Assembly (NCBI GenBank): GCA_045589235.1
Contig: JAZNOR010000080.1
Coordinates: 1-55,541 of the forward strand
DNA: 55,541 bases
Origin: Eubacteriales bacterium
GTDB lineage: Bacteria > Bacillota > Clostridia > Oscillospirales > JAAYXM01
Direction of reading: 5' to 3'
How positions within the stretch are numbered: position 1 is the stretch's first letter; each line of letters begins with the position of its first letter. Positions 28,429-36,691 of this stretch are shown piece by piece. The position numbers and the translations under genes were made by a program. Below the pieces are notes generated by a model. The model saw only the letters and a list, made by a program, of their open reading frames with translations. It was not told the DNA's origin and did no database searches.

Positions 28429-28908
28429 ATGGAAATAGTTAAGTTAAAAGATGAAATAGAGAGAATGTCGCATCTTGCAACGGGTATCGTGCGCGAGTAT
28501 TACGATCCGCTTCTGGGTGAGGCGCAAAATACATATATGTTAAAAAAATTCCAGTCACCACGCGCAATTGAAGAGCAAATTGAGCACGGTGCGCAGTATT
28601 ATTTTGTTATTGAAAACGAGGATGCAGGCTTTTTTGCATACTATCTCTATGATACCTGCCTTTATTTAAGCAAGCTCTATTTAAAAAAAGAATGTCGTGG
28701 TCGCGGTTTTGGAAGATGCGTTATTGAATTTTTAAAAAACGCGGCTTTAAACGCAAACCTTCCTGCAATTGAACTCAATGTCAATAAGTATAATTTTGAT
28801 ACAATCGCCGCCTATGAACGTCTTGGCTTTAAAAGAATCCGCGACGAGGTAAATGACATCGGTGAGGGTTATGTTATGGACGATTACGTCTATCGGTTGG
28901 AAATATGA
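28429..28908 (+). CDS. GNAT acetyltransferase
   Basis: LSKLYL...RGRGFG acetyl-CoA motif; YERLGF. Confidence 0.88.
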   Translation: MEIVKLKDEIERMSHLATGIVREYYDPLLGEAQNTYMLKKFQSPRAIEEQIEHGAQYYFVIENEDAGFFAYYLYDTCLYLSKLYLKKECRGRGFGRCVIEFLKNAALNANLPAIELNVNKYNFDTIAAYERLGFKRIRDEVNDIGEGYVMDDYVYRLEI

Positions 28909-29216
28909 GTGTTAAAGTTAAAATAACGATACTTGCCGCTTTTTTGGCATATGCGGTGCTACTTTACGTATTGCCGATATCCTGCCCGATTCTTGAAATT
29001 ACGGGAATCCCGTGTTTGGGGTGCGGAATGACAAGAGCCTTGCTTTCCGCAATTAAATTTGATTTTAGGGCGGCATTTTCGTATAACTTTATGTTCTGGA
29101 GTATTCCGATTGTTGCAACAGGCATTCTGTTTGACCTTGCATTTATGAAAAGTAAGTGGTTCTATATTGTGATATTGCTTGGCTTTATCGCAAATTGGAT
29201 TGTTAAATTCTGTTGA
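28905..29216 (+). CDS. DUF2752-like membrane protein
   Basis: CPILEITGIPCLGCGMTRA...AFSYN motif with flanking TM segments. Confidence 0.8.
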   Translation: MSVKVKITILAAFLAYAVLLYVLPISCPILEITGIPCLGCGMTRALLSAIKFDFRAAFSYNFMFWSIPIVATGILFDLAFMKSKWFYIVILLGFIANWIVKFC

Positions 29217-29271
29217 CAAAAAATGAATTTCTGTGATAAACTAAGAAAAAGAGAGGCAGGGGGATAATGAT

Positions 29272-29667
29272 ATGTTTTGTACCACTTGCGGAAGCGAAAT
29301 GAAAGATAATCAAGCTATCTGCTTAAATTGCGGTGCCAAGAAGGGCGTAGGCACTACATACTGCGCAAATTGCGGTGCAGCAATGCCGGAGGGCGCTGAA
29401 ATTTGCATGAACTGTGGTGTTAAAAAAGACGGTTTGAATGGACAGAATAAATGGATAATGGCGCTCATTGCCTTTATTGTTGGTGATTTTGGAGTTCATA
29501 ACTTTATTATGGGTGAAACGAAAAAGGGCGTTTTGAAGATTATTCTTTCTGTTGCAGGTGTTATCACATGCGGAATTACCACTATTGTTTGTGCAGTATT
29601 CAAATGGATTGAAATTGTTAAAATTTTAATGGGTACATATTCAGCAGACCCGGAAAAGTATATTTAA
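29272..29667 (+). CDS. zinc-ribbon plus TM2-domain membrane protein
   Basis: Four CxxCG motifs, then KWIMALIAFIVGDFGVHNFIMG (TM2 signature). Confidence 0.85.
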   Translation: MFCTTCGSEMKDNQAICLNCGAKKGVGTTYCANCGAAMPEGAEICMNCGVKKDGLNGQNKWIMALIAFIVGDFGVHNFIMGETKKGVLKIILSVAGVITCGITTIVCAVFKWIEIVKILMGTYSADPEKYI

Positions 29668-29718
29668 GCTTGTAACGCCTCCGAGTTTTTTCGGAGACGT
29701 TAGTTTTAAGGAGTAATT

Positions 29719-30390
29719 ATGGAAATTAATATCTTGCATTTAATTGAAGGCGCGAAGAAAGCGCGCGGTATAACTGTTGTAATTGATGTGTTTCGTGCTT
29801 TTTCTGTCGAGGCATATTTTTTCTCGGAAGGTGCTGAGAAAATAATTCCCGTAGGAGATGCGGATTTAGCCTATAAATTGAAGGAAGAGCATCCGGAATA
29901 TATTTTAGCAGGTGAGCGCCACGGTAAAATTTTGCCGGGCTTTGATGTAGGAAACTCGCCGAGTGAGCTTATAAAGCTCGACTCTAAGAGTAAAACCGTT
30001 GTGCACACAACAAGTGCCGGTACACAGGGCATTGCAAATGCAAAGGGCGCGGATGAAATTTTAGGCGCAAGCTTAGTTAATGCGCGTGCAACAGCTGAGT
30101 ATATTAAAAAAAGCGGTGCGCAGGTTGTATCACTCGTTTGTATGGGTTTAGAGGCAAAAGCGGAGACCGAGGAGGACACGCTTTGCGCACGCTACATAAA
30201 GAGTATTCTTGAGGGTGAAAGTCTTGATATGGAGTCTGAAATTGAGGATTTAAAGCGCACCTCCGGCGCTAAATTCTTTGACAAGGCGCAGAACGACGTG
30301 TTCCCCGAGGCGGATTTCGGTATGTGCACAGAGCTTGATAAATTTGATTTTGTTATGCGACTAAGTAACGGAGTAATGGAAAAGGTGTAA
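29719..30390 (+). CDS. 2-phosphosulfolactate phosphatase (ComB) family
   Basis: VIDVFRA, LAGER...GFDVGNSP, TTSAGT, EDTLCA. Confidence 0.85.
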   Translation: MEINILHLIEGAKKARGITVVIDVFRAFSVEAYFFSEGAEKIIPVGDADLAYKLKEEHPEYILAGERHGKILPGFDVGNSPSELIKLDSKSKTVVHTTSAGTQGIANAKGADEILGASLVNARATAEYIKKSGAQVVSLVCMGLEAKAETEEDTLCARYIKSILEGESLDMESEIEDLKRTSGAKFFDKAQNDVFPEADFGMCTELDKFDFVMRLSNGVMEKV

Positions 30391-30392
30391 AA

Positions 30393-30872
30393 ATGGCAAA
30401 TTTTAAGACTAATGCGATGCGCATTCTTGACACGGCTAAAATTAAATATACCGTTCATACTTATGAAAGTGACGGCGATTTTGACGGTGTTCACGTAGCG
30501 GCAAAGCTCGGTGTTAACGAAAATCAAGTGTTTAAAACGCTTATAACAAAAGGGTGCGGGCGCGATTATTTCGTGTTTGTAATCCCCGTTGTGTGCGAGC
30601 TTGACCTTAAAGCGGCGGCACGTGCAGTTGGGGAAAAGGCGGTCGAGATGATTGCGGTTAAGGATATAAATAAAGTCAGCGGTTACATTCGCGGCGGCTG
30701 CTCTCCAATCGGTATGAAAAAGCAGTTTGTAACGGTTATTGACGAAAAATGTTTAAATTATGATACAATAGTTTTCAGCGCGGGTAAAATCGGCTATCAG
30801 GTCGAGATGGCACCGCGTGAACTTATAAATTTAATTTCAGCAAAAACAGATAATATAACAAGAGGTGAATAA
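30393..30872 (+). CDS. ybaK: Cys-tRNA(Pro) deacylase
   Basis: KTNAMRILD, VFKTL, GYIRGGCSPIGMKK, SAGKIG. Confidence 0.92.
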   Translation: MANFKTNAMRILDTAKIKYTVHTYESDGDFDGVHVAAKLGVNENQVFKTLITKGCGRDYFVFVIPVVCELDLKAAARAVGEKAVEMIAVKDINKVSGYIRGGCSPIGMKKQFVTVIDEKCLNYDTIVFSAGKIGYQVEMAPRELINLISAKTDNITRGE

Positions 30873-30873
30873 T

Positions 30874-31650
30874 ATGGAAAATTTACGAGCAAAAAAAGGT
30901 TTTATATGTGATATGGACGGTGTTATATATCACGGGAACAATATTTTAGACGGAGTGCGTGAATTTGTAACATGGCTTCAGAAAAATGACAAGCGATTTA
31001 TTTTCTTAACAAACAGCTCGGAGCGCACACCGCACGAGCTCAGCATGAAGCTATCTCGTATGGGTCTTGAGGTTGATGAATCGCATTTCTATACATCAGC
31101 ACTTTCAACCGCTGCATTTTTGGATAGTCAGTCACCCGGCTGCAGCGCATATGTAATTGGCGAGGCGGGGCTTTTGAATGCGCTCTATGAAAAGGGAATT
31201 GCAATGAACGACGTAAATCCCGAATACGTTGTGGTGGGTGAGACGAGAACATACAGCTTTGAGAAAATTGAAAAGGCGGTAGAGCTTGTAAATCGCGGGG
31301 CAAAGCTTATCGGAACAAATCCCGATGTAACAGGTCCGACCGAGCGCGGAATCGTTCCTGCAACGGGAGCTTTAGTTGCACCAATTGAAATTGCAACGGG
31401 TAAAAAAGCATATTTTATCGGTAAGCCGAATCCTTTAACAATGAGACATGCACTTAAAGTACTTGAGTGCCACAGTGATGAAACGGCTCTCATTGGCGAT
31501 AGAATGGATACCGATGTAATTTCAGGCATTGAGTCTGCAATTGACACAGTGCTGGTACTCAGCGGAGTTACACGCCGTTCAGACATTGAAAACTTCCCGT
31601 ATAGCCCGAAGTATATTCTCTCGGGTGTGGGCGAAATTCCTGAAAAATAA
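30874..31650 (+). CDS. HAD-IIA (NagD-like) phosphatase
   Basis: DMDGVIY, LTNSS, TNPD, GKPNP, IGDRMDTD. Confidence 0.9.
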   Translation: MENLRAKKGFICDMDGVIYHGNNILDGVREFVTWLQKNDKRFIFLTNSSERTPHELSMKLSRMGLEVDESHFYTSALSTAAFLDSQSPGCSAYVIGEAGLLNALYEKGIAMNDVNPEYVVVGETRTYSFEKIEKAVELVNRGAKLIGTNPDVTGPTERGIVPATGALVAPIEIATGKKAYFIGKPNPLTMRHALKVLECHSDETALIGDRMDTDVISGIESAIDTVLVLSGVTRRSDIENFPYSPKYILSGVGEIPEK

Positions 31651-31662
31651 GGGGTGTTTAAG

Positions 31663-32658
31663 ATGAAAAAGACAATTAAAATTTTAAGCTTTGTTCTCGC
31701 AATTTTAATGTTCTCTGCCTGCTCGGGCGATAAAACGCTAATCAAAGCGCGCCTTGATGACGATTGGGGCTATGTAAATGAAAACGGTAAATTTAAAATT
31801 GAAGCTGAATTTGATGAAGCGTATGCATTCTCTGAAGGTGTTGCAGTTGTTGTTGAGGACGAAAAATACGGCGTTATCAACGAAAACGGAAAGTTTAAAA
31901 TTAAGCCTGAGTATGAATATATCGGCGATTTCAAGGACGGCAAGGCGGTATTCAGTCAGGATGGCAAATACGGAATTATCAATAAAAACGGCAAAATCGT
32001 TTTGGAAGCAGCCTTTAGCTGGCTCTCTGATTTTTCAGACGGGCTTGCGGTTGCGGTCGATGATTTTGGAAAATTCGGATTCGTTAATGAAAAGGGTAGC
32101 TATGTAATTACACCGAATTTTATAGAGGCATATCCGTTTACCGAAGGTCTTGCTGCAGTTAAGATCGGTGAGAAATGGGGATTTGTTGACACCGTCGGAA
32201 ATCTTGTAATCAATGCGCAATACGACGAGGTAAGACCGTTTTCTGACGGCCTTGCACAAATCAAGGTAAATGATAAGTTCGGCTTTGTTGATAAAACAGG
32301 CGCGGTTGTTATAAAGCCTGAGCTTGAGATGGCGCTTAGCTTCTCAGAGGGACTTGCCGTTGCGTTTAAAAACTTTAAATATGGCTTTATTGATAAAACA
32401 GGTGAATTTGTTATAGATGCGCAATTTAATGTCGCAATGAGCTTTAATAACGGCGTTGCGCCAGTTACCATTCCGGGAAGCTCTTTTGTCGGTTTTATTG
32501 ATAAATCGGGTGATTTTGTTATTCCAAGTGAATACAATGTAATTTGGTATCAATGGAATCCGCAGGAATACTCTGGCTATTTGCCTGTTGAAAAAGGCGG
32601 CAAATTCGTTCTTTTAGACACGAAGGGCAGAGAAGTTTACGTTGAAGCAGATGATTAA
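31663..32658 (+). CDS. WG/KWG-repeat lipoprotein
   Basis: Lipobox LMFSAC; about 7 repeats of (W/Y/F)G(Y/F)(I/V)(N/D)xxG...FSEGLA. Confidence 0.88.
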   Translation: MKKTIKILSFVLAILMFSACSGDKTLIKARLDDDWGYVNENGKFKIEAEFDEAYAFSEGVAVVVEDEKYGVINENGKFKIKPEYEYIGDFKDGKAVFSQDGKYGIINKNGKIVLEAAFSWLSDFSDGLAVAVDDFGKFGFVNEKGSYVITPNFIEAYPFTEGLAAVKIGEKWGFVDTVGNLVINAQYDEVRPFSDGLAQIKVNDKFGFVDKTGAVVIKPELEMALSFSEGLAVAFKNFKYGFIDKTGEFVIDAQFNVAMSFNNGVAPVTIPGSSFVGFIDKSGDFVIPSEYNVIWYQWNPQEYSGYLPVEKGGKFVLLDTKGREVYVEADD

Positions 32659-32669
32659 TTAAATATTCC

Positions 32670-32702
32670 ACCCTGCAAGACACTCTTGCAGGGTAATTTT
32701 TT
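32670..32702 (+). terminator. intrinsic terminator
   Basis: ACCCTGCAAGA-CAC-TCTTGCAGGGT followed by T-run. Confidence 0.7.
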
Positions 32703-32773
32703 ATGCAAAAAAATTTTCTGTTTTAAAAATAAAATGTTGAAATAATCGAAATATTTTTGTTTAAAATTTAAAA

Positions 32774-32835
32774 CACAAAAAATATTGCGGTATTTTTGTG
32801 CGTATGTTTACAAAAAATGGCGAATTTTGTATAAT
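32774..32835 (+). promoter_or_regulatory. lrp-pnt promoter with upstream inverted repeat and Rex-like box
   Basis: TTTACA (32807-32812), 17 bp spacer, TATAAT (32830-32835); CACAAAAAATA-TTGCGG-TATTTTTGTG inverted repeat; TTGTGCGTATGTTTACAA (32796-32813) resembles the Rex box TTGTGAA-N4-TTCACAA. Confidence 0.55.
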
Positions 32836-32864
32836 TTTATAGAGAAAATAAAGGAGGTGAGAGT

Positions 32865-33314
32865 GTGGATGCAATTGATTACGGTATTCTTGAATGTTTA
32901 AAGGAAAATGCACGCGAGAATGCCACGAACATTGGTGCAAAAATCAATTTATCTACCTCTGCCGTAATCGAGCGAATTAAAAAACTTGAGGCGGCAGGAA
33001 TAATCAAGCAGTATACTACGCTTATAAATCAGGAAGCGCTCGGGCGCGAGCTTATGGCTTTTATTTACGTAAGTCTTGAAAATCCGAAGCACTATGAAAA
33101 TTTCGTTAAAAAGGTAGAATTACACAATGAGATTTCAGAGTGCTATTACATTGCGGGCGATTTTGATTTTATTTTAAAAGTGGTAACAAAATCAGGTAAA
33201 GCGCTCGAGGGAATTTTAAATTACATTAAATCAATTGAGGGAGTTTCGCTTACGCGCACATCTGTTGTTCTGTCAACAAATAAGCACGAGGTGTCAATCC
33301 TCCCTGATAAATAA
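32865..33314 (+). CDS. Lrp/AsnC-family transcriptional regulator
   Basis: IDYGILECLKENAR...LSTSAVIERIKKLEAAGII HTH; ECYYIAGDFDFILKV RAM domain. Confidence 0.92.
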   Translation: MDAIDYGILECLKENARENATNIGAKINLSTSAVIERIKKLEAAGIIKQYTTLINQEALGRELMAFIYVSLENPKHYENFVKKVELHNEISECYYIAGDFDFILKVVTKSGKALEGILNYIKSIEGVSLTRTSVVLSTNKHEVSILPDK

Positions 33315-33332
33315 AGAAAGGAAGTAAAGGAA

Positions 33333-34490
33333 ATGGTTATCGGTATTCCAAAGGAAATTATGCACGGCGAGGGCAGAGTATCTGCAATCCCGGAAACAGT
33401 CGCAAAACTTGTAGCTGACGGTTATGAGGTTTTGGTTGAAAACACGGCAGGTGAAGCAGCGTTCTTCTCAGATGCTGATTACGCAGCTGCAGGAGCTACA
33501 ATGATAGCAGACTGTGAGGAGTTATACGCAAAGTCTGACATCATCTTAAAGGTTAAAGAGCCGCAGTTTAACGAGGCAAAGAATAAGCACGAGGTTGATA
33601 TGATGCATAAAGGTCAATATCTTATCACCTTTATCCATCCGGCATCGCCTGTAAACCACGAAATGGTTCGCAATATGGCGGCAAAGGGCATTATCGGTTT
33701 AACCCTTGACGGTGTTCCGAGAATTTCGCGCGCACAGAATTTGGATGCGCTCACTTCGATGAGTACTTGTGCCGGATATAAGGGAATTCTTATGGCGGCA
33801 AATGATTTGGCAAAATTTATTCCGCAGCTCTTCTGCGCTGTCGGTATGGTAAAGCCATGTAACGCACTTGTTATCGGTACAGGTGTTGCGGGTCTTCAGG
33901 CTCTTGCAACAGCGAAAAGACTCGGCGCTGTTACATACGCGGCTGACATTCGCCCGGCAGCAGCTGAACAGGCAATGAGTCTTGGTGCAAAGATTGTTGA
34001 CACTGGTGTTCCTGCTGAGGTTGCAGTAGGTGAGGGCGGCTATGCTAACGCTCTCAGCGAAGAGTGGATTTTAAAGGAGCGCGCAGCGCTTGCTGATACC
34101 ATCAAGGATATGGACATCATCTTCTGCTCAGCGCTCGTACCATCAAAGCTCGCTCCGGTAATTATTACTGAAGAGATGGTTAAGTCAATGAAACCGGGCT
34201 CTGTAATTGTTGATATTTCAATTGACCAGGGCGGTAACTGTGCAATCACTGTTCCGGGTGAGAAGGCAGTTTTACATAATGTTACAATCGAGGGTATCAA
34301 GAACATTCCGGGTCTTCTTCCGACCAGCTCAACCTGGATGTTTGCTCATAATATTTATAACCTTGTTAAGTACTTATCCAAGGACGGAAGCTTTAAACTT
34401 GATAATTCAGACGAAATCGTCCGCGGTATCTTAACAACAATCGACGGTGAAATCGTCCATAAGGGCGCACTTGAGGCAATGAGCAAATAA
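33333..34490 (+). CDS. pntA: NAD(P) transhydrogenase alpha subunit part 1 (domain I)
   Basis: IGIPKE, PRISRAQNLDAL (RQD loop), GTGVAGLQALATAKRLGA, DIR, DISIDQGGNC. Confidence 0.9.
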   Translation: MVIGIPKEIMHGEGRVSAIPETVAKLVADGYEVLVENTAGEAAFFSDADYAAAGATMIADCEELYAKSDIILKVKEPQFNEAKNKHEVDMMHKGQYLITFIHPASPVNHEMVRNMAAKGIIGLTLDGVPRISRAQNLDALTSMSTCAGYKGILMAANDLAKFIPQLFCAVGMVKPCNALVIGTGVAGLQALATAKRLGAVTYAADIRPAAAEQAMSLGAKIVDTGVPAEVAVGEGGYANALSEEWILKERAALADTIKDMDIIFCSALVPSKLAPVIITEEMVKSMKPGSVIVDISIDQGGNCAITVPGEKAVLHNVTIEGIKNIPGLLPTSSTWMFAHNIYNLVKYLSKDGSFKLDNSDEIVRGILTTIDGEIVHKGALEAMSK

Positions 34491-34504
34491 GGGGGATTTT
34501 TGCT

Positions 34505-34795
34505 GTGGGTTATATTTTAATTGCAGTATTTGTAATTGCGGCAATCGTCGGCTATTTCATAATCAACAAAGTGCCGACGCTTCTGCACACTCCGCTTATG
34601 TCGGGAATGAATGCGCTCTCCGGTATTACCGTACTTGGTGCACTCACAACTCTCGCAGTTACACTTAAAGATAACGATCCGATTCTATCAGTTATTGTCG
34701 GAATGCTCGCAATCATCTTTGCTATGATAAATGTAGCGGGTGGCTTTGCGGTAACGGGAAGAATGCTCAAGATGTTTAAAAAGGAGGACAAATAA
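34505..34795 (+). CDS. pntA: NAD(P) transhydrogenase alpha subunit part 2 (membrane)
   Basis: VPTLLHTPLMSGMNALSG, INVAGGFAVTGRMLKMF. Confidence 0.92.
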   Translation: MGYILIAVFVIAAIVGYFIINKVPTLLHTPLMSGMNALSGITVLGALTTLAVTLKDNDPILSVIVGMLAIIFAMINVAGGFAVTGRMLKMFKKEDK

Positions 34796-36655
34796 GTGAT
34801 TTATTATATTATAAGCGCAGTCCTCGTTTTTGGCGTACTTGTTGGCATCAGTATGATGAGTAAAGTAAAGAGTGCAAATGCAGGTAATACTTTATCCGCA
34901 ATTTGCACTGTTATTGCAATCATCGTCGTTATGTATACAAATGAAATTTTAACCTCATGGCAGGCGCTGATTGCACTTGCGATCGGTACGGTTGTGGGTA
35001 TTGTGGGTGCATATAAGGTTAAGATGATTGAAATGCCGCAGGCAGTAGCATTACTTAACGGTCTCGGAGGTCTTGCATCCGCGCTTGTTGCTATCTTAAC
35101 CATTGCACAGGCTGAGGATAAGTTTGCGGTTATCGTAGGTGCCGTGGCACTCGTTGTCGGCGCGGTTACTTTTACGGGAAGTCTTATCGCGGCAGGAAAG
35201 CTACATAAATTGCTTCCACAAAAGCCTGTTGTGTGGAAATGCCATTCCACAATCGTTACGGTTACTTTAATTGCAACGGTGCTCAGCATGATTTTAGTTC
35301 CCGATTGCATTTGGTTGATTACAATTTTATCAGCATTCTTCGGCGTTGCATTCGCAATACGCGTTGGCGGTGCGGATATGCCGATAACAATTTCGCTTTT
35401 GAACTCACTTAGCGGTGTGGCAGGCGGTATTGCAGGTATCGCGGTTTATGACCCATTACTTGTTGCAATTGGCGGTATCGTCGGCGCATCCGGTCTTCTC
35501 TTAACACAGATTATGTGCAAGGCAATGAACCGTTCACTAGTTTCAATTTTATTTGGTACAGCACCGAAAAAGCCGATTAAAGTAGTTGAAGCTAAAGCTG
35601 AGCCTGAGCAGGTTGAAGCTAAAGAAGAAGTATCAATTTCTGATATTTTAACAAATGCAAAGAAAGTAATTCTCGTTCCGGGTTACGGAATGGCACTTGC
35701 TCAGGCACAGAGCGCAGTTAAGGCACTTGCTGATAAGCTTGAAGCAAAGGGTTGTGAAGTTAAGTTTGCAATCCATCCTGTAGCCGGCAGAATGCCGGGT
35801 CATATGAATGTTTTACTTTGCGAGGTAGATGTTCCGTATGATAAGTTATATGAGATGGAGGCAATAAATGGTGAATTTGCGGAATGCGATGCAGCAATTG
35901 TAATCGGCGCAAACGATGTAACAAATCCAGCGGCAAATACCGCAGAGGGAACACCGATTTACGGTATGCCGGTACTTAATGTAGCCGATGCAAAGAATAT
36001 CATAATCTGTAACTTTGACGATAAGCCGGGTTATGCAGGCGTTCCAAACCCGTTGTATTCTGACGGTCGTGCAATACTTAAATTCGGCGATGCTAAGGAA
36101 ACGGTAGCTGAGCTTTGTGATGCAATCGGTGCGCAGGATAAACCGCAGAAGAGTGATTCGGTTTCAGATATTCTTGCAAATGCAAAGAAAGTAATTCTCG
36201 TTCCGGGTTACGGAATGGCACTTGCTCAGGCACAGAGCGCAGTTAAGGCACTTGCTGATAAGCTTGAAGCAAAGGGTTGCGAGGTTAAGTTTGCAATCCA
36301 TCCTGTAGCAGGCAGAATGCCGGGGCATATGAATGTACTGCTGTGTGAGGTAGATGTTCCGTATGACAAGCTATATGAAATGGATGCTGTAAACGGTGAA
36401 TTTTCAGAATGCGACATTGCAATCGTAATCGGCGCAAATGACATAACAAATCCAGCGGCAAATACCGCAGAGGGAACACCGATTTACGGTATGCCTGTGC
36501 TTAATGTAGCAGATGCAAAGAATATTATCATCTGTAACTTCGACGATAAACCGGGTTACGCAGGGGTTCGGAACCCGTTATATACCGATGGACGTGCGAT
36601 ACTTAAATTCGGCGATGCAAAGGAAACTGTAGCCGAGCTAACAAACTCGTTTTAA
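34796..36655 (+). CDS. pntB: NAD(P) transhydrogenase beta subunit with duplicated domain III
   Basis: MIEMPQAVALLNG and GGADMPITISLLNS membrane motifs; two copies of PGYGMALAQAQ...HPVAGRMPGHMNVLL...GANDxTNPAA...GYAGVxNPLY. Confidence 0.92.
   Translation: MIYYIISAVLVFGVLVGISMMSKVKSANAGNTLSAICTVIAIIVVMYTNEILTSWQALIALAIGTVVGIVGAYKVKMIEMPQAVALLNGLGGLASALVAILTIAQAEDKFAVIVGAVALVVGAVTFTGSLIAAGKLHKLLPQKPVVWKCHSTIVTVTLIATVLSMILVPDCIWLITILSAFFGVAFAIRVGGADMPITISLLNSLSGVAGGIAGIAVYDPLLVAIGGIVGASGLLLTQIMCKAMNRSLVSILFGTAPKKPIKVVEAKAEPEQVEAKEEVSISDILTNAKKVILVPGYGMALAQAQSAVKALADKLEAKGCEVKFAIHPVAGRMPGHMNVLLCEVDVPYDKLYEMEAINGEFAECDAAIVIGANDVTNPAANTAEGTPIYGMPVLNVADAKNIIICNFDDKPGYAGVPNPLYSDGRAILKFGDAKETVAELCDAIGAQDKPQKSDSVSDILANAKKVILVPGYGMALAQAQSAVKALADKLEAKGCEVKFAIHPVAGRMPGHMNVLLCEVDVPYDKLYEMDAVNGEFSECDIAIVIGANDITNPAANTAEGTPIYGMPVLNVADAKNIIICNFDDKPGYAGVRNPLYTDGRAILKFGDAKETVAELTNSF
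35633..36652 (+). repeat. intragenic tandem duplication with 525 bp period (two domain III copies)
   Basis: 35652-35754 is identical to 36177-36279; the remainder differs mainly at synonymous sites. Confidence 0.95.
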
Positions 36656-36659
36656 TAAT

Positions 36660-36691
36660 AAAAAAGCAAGCTTATGTTAAGCTTGCTTTTT
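36660..36691. terminator. bidirectional terminator between pntB and rodA
   Basis: AAAAAGCAAGCTTA-TGT-TAAGCTTGCTTTTT. Confidence 0.75.

Noticed and set aside
31750-32520. Periodic DNA similarity as a possible CRISPR array or DGR repeat
   Set aside because: The periodicity follows degenerate in-frame WG protein repeats; there are no identical repeats with unique spacers and no cas or reverse transcriptase genes.
33333-34490. Alanine dehydrogenase (suggested by the adjacent Lrp gene)
   Set aside because: It has the PRISRAQ..D transhydrogenase loop and is followed by the pntA2 and pntB membrane subunits.
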